Made by a program: the position numbers and the translations under genes
NCBI RefSeq assembly: GCF_018977255.1
Contig: NW_024704765.1
Span: 8,122,001 to 8,186,000 of the forward strand
Length of the DNA stretch: 64,000 nucleotides
DNA from: Callorhinchus milii
Lineage: Eukaryota
Reading direction: 5' to 3'
In this document: in pieces, positions 36,198 to 48,824 of the stretch
How positions within the stretch are numbered: position 1 is the stretch's first letter
How the letters are laid out: each line of letters begins with the position of its first letter
The notes under the pieces: generated by a model
Seen by the model: the letters and a program-made list of their open reading frames with translations, nothing else
The model's database searches: none
Told to the model about the DNA's origin: nothing

Positions 36198-36360
36198 CAT
36201 AATAATAATCCTTGCCTTTGATATTGCGCCTTATCACGTCTTTGAGACGTCTCAAAGTGCTTCACGGGATATACTATAAAGCGAATTGACTGTATATTTT
36301 CTGGGCGAAACATGGCAGGCAATTGCGCACAGCAGCCTCTCACAAACAGCGGTGGATTAA
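36198..36360 (-). mobile_element. 5'-truncated SINE copy
   Basis: aataatccttgcctttgatatt...gagacgtctcaaagtgcttcac...aattgcgcacagca. Confidence 0.85.
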
Positions 36361-37214
36361 GTGTTCGAGTCTGATTTAAAACCTTAGAAAGCAGATTGGA
36401 TCTTCACTCCATGGGGGAAGGGGATGGAAGGGGTGCACCTGCATTGGTTGCAAAGGAACCTTCGGTACAGCGAGAGTTAACAGGGAGAGAAACAGCACTG
36501 GTGGTCGCTGACTGCTGAGGGCAGAGATGTCAGCCTGTCTCCACCTGCGAGCTGGTTCAGTGCAAATGTGTTTGCTATAAATCCATTAAAGAAACACGAG
36601 AATCTTGGCTGTGGTGGAATCGGTGTCAGGCGCTAGCTTAGGGCAAAGGCTAGTCAAGGGGAATGCCAGCCTCACCTCACTGATTCCCCGCTTTAAGGCT
36701 GTGCCGAAGACTCTCTGTAAAGTGTTTGGGCTGACCGCTCGGGTGGCCTATGGGGCTGCCGTCGACCGAGCGTGACTGACAGTTTAATTTCTCCAGGACC
36801 CGGTGTCAGGGCTCAGGTGAAGTCAGCGGCGAGAGACGCAGAAGAGCTGATTAGAGTCGGGATCGATGAGATCTGGGGACCAGATGAACTCATTCCGCAC
36901 TGGGAGACAGTGGGGCTCCAGTTAAATACACAAGGAATCTGCTTTTCGATTCTTTGTTAGAAGTCTTAGTCCGATCTTCATTTGAAACATCTCTTACCCC
37001 AATTGTAATAATAATAATAATAATGCTTGCATGGTTGATATTTTGACATATATCTGTTCTCCGCAATTCCCATCCCTTCTCTCTCTCTCTCTTTCTCTCT
37101 CTTTCTCCCAGTGACCTGGCTCACAATCCAGGACTGCCTACAAATACACAGTCACTCGACTTCACAGCAGTTCACTGTAAACGCTTTGAGGTGTCTGGGG
37201 ATTATTATAAGTAT

Positions 37215-37370
37215 AAACAATTCTTGCAGTTGATATAGTGACTTATCACATCTTCGAGACGTCTCAAAGCGCTTCACAGAATATACTATAAAGTGTAGTG
37301 ACTGTATATTTTGTGGGCAAAACGCGGCAGCTAATTGCACACAGCAGCGTCCCACAGACAGTCGTGGATT
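37215..37370 (-). mobile_element. 5'-truncated SINE copy
   Basis: cttgcagttgatatag...gagacgtctcaaagcgcttcacagaatatactata...aattgcacacagca. Confidence 0.85.
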
Positions 37371-37914
37371 AGTACCTCCCTATTCCAATACTGAACCAGA
37401 TGGTTTAGGGGTAGGAGGAACTTTGTTTTTAAAAAAAAGATCTAGCAGGAATAGTCCTTGCTCTTTAGTTAGTTAGGTCTTGTTGCGTTGGGTGAACAAA
37501 CTGAATGGATGTGTAAGAGGAGGGGGGAAAAGTATTGTGTTTGAATAGTTGAAGGGATTTCATCCAATGGTCTTCCTATGTTTCCCATTCAGACTTCTCA
37601 TCAGACGTGAAATACGAGACAGATTAACAGAACGCACCTGGGTTTATAGCAGCTCTCCCAGCACAAAGGGGTTGAAATCACACTCTGCTGTTTCATGCCC
37701 TGAAAGGTATTACCAGGATAGAACCGGAGCTAGGGAAAAGGATTTATCCTTTCAAAACTTGCTTGGCCGACATTCGCTGGTTTAACCTTGGACCTTTCGC
37801 AAAGACATCAACGAAAGGGAAGCCTGGTGTCTCCCAGACAGACCTGGGTGTTTTTTCCCCCCTCCCTCCCCCCCCCCCCATTGCCCCATTTTCACGATCC
37901 CTGTTGGTTGCAAC

Positions 37915-38160
37915 CTATTCAATTGGTTTCTTTCGTCTCTGAGTCAGAAGGTCGTAGATTCAAGTTCTCATGTTGGGGTGGGTGTGGGCTTGAGCTCGCT
38001 ATCCAGGCTGACTCTCCAGTGTGGCACTGGGGGTGGACCATAGAGAGAGCGCCACATCATTGGGACTGTTGTCCTTCAGATGAGACGTCAAACAGAGGTC
38101 TGAGGAATCCTGTTCGAATTCCCCTCGATGTCCTCCCGATGTGAAAGGTGTTCTATAAAG
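37915..38160 (+). mobile_element. Old Deu-domain SINE (head plus Deu block)
   Basis: CTCTGAGTCAGAAGGTCGTAGATTCAAG...GTCCTTCAGATGAGACGTCAAAC. Confidence 0.75.
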
Positions 38161-38419
38161 AACATTGTTGTTGTTGTTGACATCCAAACTCCGCTCAAGC
38201 ACAAACAATGTGCGGAGCAGGAGTTAATCTTAACGAGATTCCTCCATTAAGAAATAGCGCAAACTAGGAAATCTGCGAATGGGAGGTTCTGTAAGATCAC
38301 TGACACTGAAAAGTTCTGATACAGAACACTGACAGTGCACCTGTTTCTTATGGCATTTTGTGTGATAAGGCCCTGAGGAATCCCACGATTCGCCCTCATA
38401 GCCGGGTGGATTGCAGAAT

Positions 38420-38640
38420 AATAGAATTTTACAGCACAGAAGGAGGCCATTCAGCCCATCGTGCCTGTTTCAGCTCTCTGAAAGAGCTCACTGTTCAGCC
38501 TCCCCCTCACTCACTCTCACACACACACACACATTACACGCATTTTGCATGCACACCCTTTTAAATCTTTCCTTTTTGAAATATTTCCCCCATTCCCTTA
38601 TAAAAGGAATTTGGGACGGTGCTTTGCTGAGCATTTTTGT
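38420..38640 (-). mobile_element. CR1-type LINE 3' end
   Basis: ATAGAATTTTACAGCACAGAAGGAGGCCATTCAGCCCATC is the reverse of a typical CR1 3' terminus. Confidence 0.7.
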
Positions 38641-38809
38641 GGCTCATCCTATAGCGCTGCGCGTCACACAACTGGCAAGTGTTTTGCTGAGGACAAGCAC
38701 CAGCCCTGGCTTCCTCCTACTTCGAACTTGAAGCCTTGACCCCTCCCGCCTCTATCTTCTCTGTATATCAAGCGGAGCTCTCAGGGAGGAAACTGCAAGT
38801 ACCACCACC

Positions 38810-38863
38810 ACAACAACAACTTGCATTTATATAGCGCCCCTCACGCAGGGAAAGCATCCCAGA
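38810..38863 (-). mobile_element. L2-type 3' terminus with (TTG)n tail
   Basis: caacaacaacttgcatttatatagcgcccctcacgcagggaaagcatcccaga. Confidence 0.7.
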
Positions 38864-40434
38864 CCACTCTCTCGGTCTCTCTCCCTGGGTGTAGAGAAAC
38901 GAGCAGCAGCAGCAGAGTGAGAGACTCAGGTCCTGACAACAGAATAGGGCTGAACAACACCAACAACAAGAGAAACCTTCTCCAGGCACTGAGACGCCAG
39001 CATTCTCGCTAAGTAACGCGACACATTGCACATAAGTAACGGCCGTGAAGGAGAAAAGAAAAGACCAAATGCAAAGGCTCCCTCAGTGTGCCTTTGCAAA
39101 TTAAATCGTTGAGTTAAACTCCTGTGACACATTGCCCCCATTGTCCCGGAACTGCACAGAGAAATCTACATTTTACAGAGATCAGCAAAGAAAAAAAAAG
39201 CTTTGCTTTGCGCCCGAGAGATTACTCGGAATCGTGTTTGATTTTTGCAATATCACTTCCTGTGTGAATTTCCTTTCTGTTCCTCTCTCCTCTCTCTCTC
39301 TCTCCCCTTCTCTCTCACCAAACACACCCCCCCACCCACCCCACACACACACACACAAACACCCCTCAGATGCGAGATAATTGAAGTTGCCATCTCTAAA
39401 TTGGCATTCCAGTCTTCAGACTGTTCGCTATTCGTGTACTTGGCCTAGACTTTTTTCGCTGCTGATTTCTATTAGAACGCAAACAAATTAAATGGAAGAT
39501 AGTGGCCAATGTCCAGTTCGGCACTGCTAATCACTCTCCATCGTGGGAAAACCACAAGATGGGGCCTGGAAAACAGGTCATTGTCTCTGTAAGATTAAAG
39601 CAGAAAAAAAGCTGTATTGTCTGGCAAAAGGATAAATCTTCCTGCTGTCACTCAAACACTGAATTAAACTCTCCTTCATTTCTAAGGGGCTTATCTGCAG
39701 TGAATAGCTTGTTGCTCCACAAGGAGAGAAGAATGCAGTTACCGAACTTCCCCTCTGCCATCTTCTCACACGCCACATATTCCCTTATTTTACACGCACA
39801 CACACACACACACACACACATACATATATTTATACACGCAGATAGACTAAACGACACAGAGGAAGCGCACACAAAAATTAAGATGAAAACCTTCAGTTTG
39901 AGGGAAGAAAGAGAGAGAGAGAGAGAGAGAGAAAGTGGAAGTTTGTCCAACTTTTTATTGCTCAAGTCCAGCATTTGTCTGGCGCTGACCGCCAGAGCAC
40001 CCCTGCCCGGGGATTTATTTGGTATATCCTCAAATGCTTTCTGCTATTGGCGCGTGCCAAACAAATGGTGTTGTGGGGTTGGGGGTGGGGGCTGGGAAGA
40101 CAACTTGGGTTTCTATTAATAATAGGAATCCTTGCATTCGATACCGAGCCCAGAAGATCGAAATGTCCCAAAGCTCATTGTGTAGATTTGCTGTTAAGTG
40201 TAGTGACTGTGCCTTTGTAGGTAGACGCGACTCTGGGCACTGACTGGGTCTATTGTCGGAGTTGGTATTTCTCAATGAAGAATCTGGGGTGTGTCTTAAC
40301 CCCCGAAGGTGCAGCATGGTCAGGTTGTGTTTGGATTCTCGTAGGAGATGGGTGTTGAGTTCACTACGATGCAAGGACGGTCTTTCGCATCACACTATTG
40401 AGCTTCTTGGACACTGCACAGCTCTTAACAGATG

Positions 40435-40605
40435 ATGATAATCCTTCCATTTGATATTGCACCTTATCATGTTGTCGAGACGTCTCACAGAACGTCACGC
40501 TTTTTACTGTAAAGTGTAGTGACTGTGTATTCTGTAGCCATGGCAGCCAATTTGCACACAGCAATATCCAACAAATAGGCTTGAAGTGAATGACCAATTT
40601 TAATT
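40435..40605 (-). mobile_element. 5'-truncated SINE copy
   Basis: ataatccttccatttgatatt...gagacgtctca...ggcagccaatttgcacacagca. Confidence 0.8.
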
Positions 40606-41020
40606 GCTTCCAGATAACGAAGGTTAAACCTTCTTAAACTGACGCCTTTGAGATTGATTTGCTACCGTCTTTGTAATCAATTTGTCTGAACTTGATCTCC
40701 AATCGGCTCATCCATAAATTGTTTTCAGTCAGCTTGTCCAGTATAATATAATAATAATCCTTGCATTTGATATAGCGCATTTCATTTTAGGAAGATGGCT
40801 CAAAGAGCTTCGCAGGATTCACTATGTATTTTATAGGTAAACACGGCAGCCAATTGTTAGATTCACATGGACTGAAACTACTGTATTGATTATTGGCTGT
40901 TACATAGAATCAAAGCAGGAGTTTCGGTCAGGATTCCATCGGTCCATCCAACCCACCCATCCGATTGCTCCTTAATCAGCTCTCCATCTAATGACCCTGA
41001 ACCCTCTCAGTTGTCAGTAA

Positions 41021-41260
41021 ATATCAGACAATGATAGAGTGAGGGACATGGAACATGAGACAGTGAAAGAGTGAGAGACGGGACATCAGTGATAGAATGA
41101 GCACTGTGGCATATCAATCAGTGATAGAGTGAGGGACATGGTATATCAGACAATGATAGAGGGACAATGTTGGGTTATCAGACACTGATACGGTGAGAGA
41201 CATGGGATATCAGATAGTGATAGAGTGAGAGACATGTCATATCAGACAGTGATAGGGTGA
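41021..41260. repeat. Degenerate ~33-bp minisatellite, about 7 copies
   Basis: The unit is approximately TATCAGACAGTGATAGAGTGAGRGACATGGGA. Confidence 0.85.
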
Positions 41261-41794
41261 CGGGTCTGGCAGTGAGCAAAGCTATGAAAAGGTACCATAA
41301 CTATGGGATCGAATCCGTGTGGTTTATCTGCAGCCCTCACGCTGTACCAGGTCTAGTATCATGTGAACAGAGCAGGACACCCCGCTCTCCTAATCCCACC
41401 GCAGGCCACAGCTTAGACACGCACTCGGCTAAAACCCTTACAAGAGGATTGTTAGTCCTCTGAGTGCGGCTTGTTGTTGTTTAGGAGGTGTTTAATGCTC
41501 CACTGTGCAAATCTCTGGCTGTGGATTCCTTAGCACACAACGTTCAAACAGACGAGGTTACAATCTTGTTACAGGATTACTTTAATTAGCTTAGAAAAGA
41601 TAAAGTGCCGTGTGTGTCCCCGCCATAGAGAACGGTGTTAAAGGGGTCAAATTCGGGCAACATTAAACCACAGCAATGAGTTAATTCACATTTCACTTTG
41701 TTCCTGTTTGAATTTTCAAAGCATCCGCTCAGCTCTGGTCTTTTGCAGAAACTTTTGTCTAGACGGGATTTCTCTACGTCAACATGACAACAGG

Positions 41795-42188
41795 TGTCAG
41801 CCTGGCTCAGTTGATAGCGTTGCGGCCTCCGAGTCAAAACAGTGGTGGATTCAAGCCCCACTTCGGGACTTTGAGCTCACGGTCTGGCTGGCACTCCAGT
41901 ACAATATTGTTGGAGGTGTCAGGTGAGACATTAAACCAAGGTCCCATCTGTCTGCTCAAGTGGACATTAAAGATCTTATGACACTATCAGTAAAGAGAAG
42001 GGATTTTATCCAACTGTCCACGGTGACAATCCCCCAGGGAAAAAATGGTCGTTCAATGGGTCATTTGCTCTGCGCAAACTGGCTAACCATGTTGGCCTAC
42101 ACAGTCACGACACATGACAGCAAATCCTGCGAAGCACTTTGAAGCCTCCGCCTGACGTGAAAGGCGCCACATCAAATGCGAGGATTGT
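41795..42188 (+). mobile_element. Near full-length old Deu-domain SINE (SacSINE1-like)
   Basis: Head GTGTCAGCCTGGCTCAGTTG...GATTCAAGCCCCAC, Deu block TGAGACATTAAACCAAGG...GTGGACATTAAAGATC, and tail GTGAAAGGCGCCACATCAAATGC. Confidence 0.85.
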
Positions 42189-43719
42189 TAATTAGTTAAG
42201 TTGCGCGTGAAACCTGTTCTACTTTGGATTCAGAATACACACGGTTAACATACAGAATCCAAATTGTTGACTGGCAATGCAGTCAGAAGCAACCTATATC
42301 CAATGCAATCCTTTCCTTATGATACTGATTAGGGCAAGGGGAATGAATAGATTGAGCAATCATTTCTATGGCAACCTAGGGGACACATTCCTTTCTGGAG
42401 TTTTGCCGGCTCACCCTAATTGCATTCTTAGCTTGTCTAAGAAACAGCATGCTAATTAGAAGCTTTAACAGCTTCATTACATCAAGCTCCAGGTTATCAT
42501 ATTTTGCATAGCTAATGCATTCAGAAGCCTTCTGACATGGACGGACGGACGCGGGGGGGGGGGGGGAGGAGAGAGAGTCTACGGAGGGGGAGATGTTAAC
42601 CACCTCCTAGACTCTAGACCTTTGATTGCTCTCCATCTTGAGTTTTGGTCACTTTTTGGACGAAAAAAATAAGTGGGTGACAGTTCCGAGTTCCTGGCCT
42701 CGCACCACAAATCGTAGCAACAGTTTGCTTTATCCTTCATGATATTTTCTCTTCTATTTCCCTCTCCTCCCCCTCCCTCTACATTCACCCACACCCCCCG
42801 CCACCCACCCCACCCCACACCACTTCACCCCGAAAGTTTTCTCGAATTCTCTCCTCTCTCGGTGTTCAGCACCTGTTCAACCTCGGCCAGGTTAGTGGAC
42901 ACTTAGTGGGCAAGGGGCGTAGGAACGACTGTCCAAGCTACAGAGCAGACCCAGACCTTTTCTGAGACCACTTTAAATTGCCATTCTTTGATCCACCAGA
43001 GGGAGGCACAATTCCAACAATACAAAATAAATAATCCTCATGTCTGATTCAGCGCCTTTTCACGTCGGGAGGACGTCTCAGTGCTTCACAGGATGTGCTG
43101 CAAAGTGCGGTAGTGACTGTGTGTTTCGAGGGCGAAGGAGGCAGGCTATTTGAGGCATGCCCGCAAAACGGCCGTTGAAGCGAACGATTGATTTCTTCGG
43201 GTGGTGGTGGTGGGACGGGAAGCGGTGCCGTCGGTCAAGACCACAGGCGAAAGCCAGCGGGTTCGAACACAAAAATTGTTGAGGAAAAAAAAAAAATCCA
43301 AAGCAGGAGATGTTTGAGAAAACAAATGACAGGCGGGAAGTCTCCGCATGTCCTCAAGGTCACCGCAGAGCAAGTCAACAGATGTTGGTCACAGCGTCAT
43401 GTGATTCCCTGGAAATTGCAAACCTGTTTACACATGGCCGTGATGATTAAAGGGGCCCAGGCGTCAGGAAGAATCTCGAAAAGGAAAACGATTGGGGGAA
43501 AAAATAGGAATAAGGGAGAGGGGAAGAAAAATCTGATCGTGTGTACTAAATGGCTAGTTCTTTTAGAGAGCTGGCACAGGCGTGATGCGGTGAATAGTCT
43601 CTTTCTGGGCTGTGAGATCCTATTGTTCTAGATCACATGAAGTGCTTCAAGACGTCCTCCCGGTGTGAAATCTTTCACTCTTTATTATTGGTCCATGGGC
43701 AAGTGAGCTAATGAGGGAC

Positions 43720-43990
43720 TTGACGATGTTGAGCAAAAAGAACAATCAAAGCGATTTGATTCTCGGAAGCTGTTGAAGGCAGGGAGAGGGGAGGTCAAGT
43801 GGTCAATAGGGAACGCGGTGGCTGAGAGCTGGACCGCCAACGGTGGGGTGTAGGGAAGCCAGCGATGGACCAGAGTGGGAGAAGCAGAGGGTAGCTCTGA
43901 ATTGAGACCATGGAACGTGTTGACCAAGGAGATCTGGGAGCCATCAGAGTTTGGCGAGGACAGCAACAATGGCAGAGCAAGAGAGAATGC
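43720..43990 (-). mobile_element. Decayed L2-clade LINE 3' region
   Basis: The reverse strand reads ccccaccgttggcggtccagctctcagccacc...cctctccctgcc..., which resembles L2 ORF2 C-terminal DNA. It is heavily mutated. Confidence 0.5.
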
Positions 43991-44186
43991 AGTAACATGC
44001 GATTAACCCATTGTCGGGTCACTGATAATGTCATGGTGAAAATCCATCAATTCTCCTTCATGCAACATGCATGAAATCACAAGTTTCGTGGCTCGTTGAG
44101 AGAGCGTGCACTAAACTTTGCTGCTTTTATTTGCAATACACAGTATATCATATGATATGTGTGTGTGTGTGTACACACGTATACAC

Positions 44187-44557
44187 TATAATAATCCTTG
44201 CATTTGATATAGCCCTTTATCACGTCTTTGAGACGTCTCAAAGTGCATCACAGGATATACTGTAAAGTGAATTGACTGTATATTTTGTGGGCAAAACGCG
44301 GCAACCAATTGCGCACAGCACTGTCCCACAAACAGTCGTGGATTAAAGTGACCAATTTATTATTATTTTTTTTGAAGGAATTATTACCCCCAGAAAAGGG
44401 ATCCGCCAATCGATTAACAACCGGGTTCCTACTTACAGCTAGGTAAACAGAGGCGTGTGGAGTAAGGAAACTTGCCAAACATTTAGCCCTGCCGGGAATC
44501 GAACCCAGGTCTTTCGCTTGCAAGGCGAGTGCTCTAACCACTGAGGTACAGGACTCC
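44187..44557 (-). mobile_element. Full-length tRNA-derived SINE, variant B
   Basis: Head with B box GGTTCGATTCC, the variant-B middle block and the shared tail; homologous to 18830-19203. Confidence 0.92.
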
Positions 44558-45594
44558 ACTCCATGTATATTATAAATGATAAATGATAAAAAGAATCTCA
44601 GCCTTTGCCACCAGCACAATGAGGCTTTGAGCGAGCTCAGCGGGCGAGTGTATTTAATGATCCTCTTCCCCACCTCACAATCCACTACCCCCCCAACCCC
44701 CCTCTCCCCCCGCACCGTCTCTTCTTCCCCTCTCCCACCGCCTCCTTTGCCCATCCAGTGCTTGCGGAGTTAATCCGCCACTCTCTGAGAGCTGAGTGGC
44801 CTGAGAGTACAGGCAGCCTTGATCCCTTCAGGTATTCCCACCATTGTCTCTAGACATAACGGTCGCCTGTCAGCCCTCTGTCAGATGCCTAATCTTTTCC
44901 TGTGCACCGTGAATAGTTCCCAGTGCCATGTCAGGGCAACATGCAGACTCCTCATTCTAACTCCCCACAGAATGCAATCATTCAACAACCTGCCTATAAT
45001 TCACTCTCTGACCAGCTCTTTCAAAAGGTGCTCCCTGAATGCTGTTAGCACAGCAAGATAAATCATGTACTTGAAATTAACTTCCATTGAAGAAAATAAA
45101 AGCAGTGGTCAGGGCAAAGAGGAGAAGAAAGATGACTACAGTTGATAAATGTCAATGCATATAATTTGGGCCGTGATTAAGATCTTATCTTGGTAGGAAG
45201 TAAATGGAAAGGATTTAATAAAATTCCAGCAAGGAAACGCTGTCTATACAGACGACTGTGTCCTTGTAAAGTTGGGTTTTGTTCAGGGGAGTTCAACAGC
45301 GCGATGCGGGAAGGAAGTGGGCTACTATGCATGCGGGTGTCAGTCGAAGGGATTAGCTACCCCCTCAGGTGAAGCCTGCTCTTTCTTTGCACTATTCAGA
45401 CCGGCTGAATTTGCGCCAGTGGTGTGCTCATCATGACTGAAAAGGAGAAAGAGAGTCGGAGAGAGAGAAAGAGAGAGAGAGAGAGAGACAGACAAAGGCA
45501 AGCAAGACTGGTCTGAATTGATCAGCCTTCCCACGTCCTTCTTACCTGTATAAAACCTCATCAACCATAAAACATATCTTTTTTATATAATAAT

Positions 45595-45815
45595 ATAATA
45601 ATCCTTGCATCTGATATAGAGCCCTAAGGCGATTCACAGGATTTCACTCTTTAAGTGCAGTGACTGTGTTTTTGTTGACAAATGTGACAGCCAATTTGCA
45701 TTCAACAATGTCCCACCAACAGCCATGAAGTAATGATCAATTTTATCCACGGCACTGGAAGAAATTCCCTTCTCTTTTCAAGTCGTGGGATCTTTAACGT
45801 CCACCAAACAGGCAG
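45595..45815 (-). mobile_element. Old Deu-domain SINE, 3' part
   Basis: atccttgcatctgatatag...GGGATCTTTAACGTCCACC. Confidence 0.75.
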
Positions 45816-47456
45816 AATGAATCCAATCTCCCGGTCTGTTCAGCTCTACAGTGAGAGGAGATGAGTGTCTGAGTTACTGATAAATTGTAAGAGGAAACTA
45901 GAGTTTCAGTGCCCATCATATACCACTAGGGATGCAATCCAGGTCCAAGGTCACTTGCTATTGACCTCTATTGGCAGTAATTAAATACTGCAACAGAGTA
46001 AGTTGAGCAAGTCACCATTATTCAGATGAGGCCTTAATGTTCAGTGTTCTGTACCCGTGGAGATGGACATTAAAGATCCTGCGATGCTCTTAGAAAAGAG
46101 AAGAGAGTTTCTCTTTTCCCGGTGTCCTGGTCGACAGTCCCTTGGGTAAAATTGGTCACTCTCTTCACGGCTGTCTGTGGGACATTGCTGCGTTCACCGG
46201 CAGAAACACAGTCATTATGCTCGGAGCAATCAGCGCTTTGAGATGTATTGCCGTATTAGGCACAATATCAAATGCCACGCTTATTCTTAGTTAATATAAA
46301 TACAAGGTCTAATGGAACCCGCACGGAAGGGTGAGGCAGCAATATTGAGAGGGTGGGGGCGGGGTTGGGGGTTGTGGGGGGAACCTCAGAGACCTGTGGA
46401 GCCAGATCATGCACACAAGGAGATCCAGTATCTTGCTTGCCTCCACTTCAGGCCCTACACATGTCTGTAAATCTATTAGGAAGTAGAATTAGAGCAACGT
46501 ACAGAGCCACGGGGCATGGCTGAATTTGCAGAGCTCTGAATAAAGCACAAAAGTATAATCTCCTGGAGCTTTTCTTTGGCGCAGAAACACAAGAGCAGCC
46601 TTGGGGACGTTAATCGGAGCCTAGTCAATTCAGTCCTGATGGGGCTGCGTTTAAGATCCTTTTTCTGTTGATTTTTATATGTATGTGTATATATTATATA
46701 TATATATACACACATGTGAGTCTGCAGGTTAATAAAGGTGCTTTGTGCCCCGTTGCAACTGGCCAGCTCCCAAGTTGGATGGTAAAATAAATTGAATGCC
46801 GTTCTGTGAAACGGAGGTGACATCCTAATGTCTATTGGTGGAACGCCAGAAGAGAGATACGTTATTTTTTTAAGTGTGTGTTTGTGTACGTATGTGAGAG
46901 TGTTTGTGTGTGCGCGTGTGTAGATGTGTGAGCATACGTGTGTGTGAGAGTATGTGAGTGAGTGTGGATTTATGTGTGTGTGCAAGGCTCCAAACCTATA
47001 ATATGACCTAAACGTGTGATAGTGTCACACCCTGTTTGATGGACAGTGCGCTGAGAGAACCAGGGTAAATAAAGGACGCTGAGGTCTAGTTTGGGGTATT
47101 CTTTAGAGATTTCTTAAGAAATGTGTAATTATCAAATTTCTAAAATGTTCGAGCGTGTTCTTCAACACGGTTTGATGGTTTAGAAACGTAGTGATTTCTT
47201 ATTAAGAAATCTGTTAAGAAATACTGAAGAAATTAGACTGCAGGGGTCTCATTTCCAACGGTACGACGTTCTCCTTGAATTGAGTAAAGCATTGAAAGGT
47301 TTTCTTAGAGCGCCATCAACTTTCAGAACAAGGTCCTTGCTATCTATTCCAAATCAACTGTGCTCTGAAGCAGTCTCAGAACGCAGCAATGTTAATCTGG
47401 TTCACAGCTGTCTGAATTGGCACGCTCACACCATCACAAGAGAGACTCAGATGAAG

Positions 47457-47810
47457 AAGTCCCTTCGGCCCATTTGATCTCATCCTTCCAGAAATACTCA
47501 CCCTACCGTTCTCCAACCAGCTGTTTTTTGAATTAACCCAGTGTTTTGGCCTCAACTGCTCTTACCAATAACCTGTCTCAGGCATTGATTCCCCTCTGTG
47601 CGAAGAAATACTTCCTGGTGTCTGCAACTCATGACCCTGAACCTCTTGTCCTATTGCCTCAGCATATCTGAAAGGTTGTCTGGGCTTACTCTCCCAGCCC
47701 CGTTTTGAATCTTATTCATCTTTACAAGGTCCCTTTCTGGGACTTCTCTGAAAAGCCCTGGTTTTTCTAATCATTGCTCACAGCTCATCCCTCTAACATT
47801 GTGTTCTTCT
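47457..47810 (-). mobile_element. CR1-type LINE ORF2 C-terminus and 3' end remnant
   Basis: The reverse translation FFAQRGINA*..AVEAKTLG*FKKQL resembles the CR1 motif F..RVV..WN.LP..VVEA.S...FK..LD; cttcggcccat 3' end. Confidence 0.7.
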
Positions 47811-48824
47811 CTGTTTTGCTTCACCCACCTCCGAGTAATGTAATTGTGGAATTCGTAATCAATCCATATAGCTGCTTTGACCCACTGTAAGACAACCATA
47901 TGCATTTGGTGCTCCACTTTAAACACCAAAGATCTAAATTCTCCTCGAATAAATCACCAAGACTTTCTCTGAATGTCACAGAGATTCCTGTCCACACTGT
48001 ACAGTGTCTAATCTCCTTGTGAGTTGAATACTCAGAAGCTAGCATCTGGGACTCCACACGAAAAGTCTTTAAACATTAAGTTAAGGGCAGGATTGTGGAA
48101 AATCCTTCATTTGGGAGCAGGTCCCGTTTTGGGTGTTGCAGAATGCCAGCTTCCAACTCAAGCCTCCCCAAATCAGTACAATGTTAATCTATTGGTCGAG
48201 GAGGCCTTAAGGGCTGAGACTAGGTGGGACTTTGGGATCTACTGTGTCTGTTAAGCGGAGAAAGAGAGAGAGGAGGGGGTGGGGGGGTGTGTGGGAAGTC
48301 AAGTACCCGGCAAACAAAGTGACAAATGATGGGATTGAGTCATGACGTAAACTGATTGAGACTGAGTGGAAAATCAACAAAAGCCATAATGTACTTCAAT
48401 CAATAGCATAGAATATTGGGAATTTCACTGTTTAAAGAGGGGACAGGAAGACTATTCCCAGGCTTTGGTGCTGCACCTTTCATAACTGACTCTTGCTATT
48501 TACTGTACTTACACTTTGGGACAAACAAACTAAATGTGTTCAGAGGTACCATTACCTTCTCCCGCACACCCCCTCCACCACCTCCACCCCCAACCTTGGT
48601 AATGCATGTGATAAGCGCAGAGAAATGCCCTTGACATATCAGGTACAATTATGTTGCTGTGTCAGACAAATCAATCCTTATATTAGGCCTGCTACATATC
48701 CTGTGCCCCCACCCCTCTCCCTTTCCATGCTCTTCTCCACTCTCCTATTCCACAGTTCCATCGGCTCCGATCACACTCCCCCACACTCGCCCAAGTGACT
48801 GTCCTCCATGCCTGACCTCAATCA

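Noticed and set aside
30840-43362. Perfect ERR-type TCAAGGTCA sites at 30840-30848 and 43354-43362
   Set aside because: A 9-mer is expected roughly 0.5 times per 64 kb on both strands, so two hits are unremarkable. The first lies in decayed SINE sequence.
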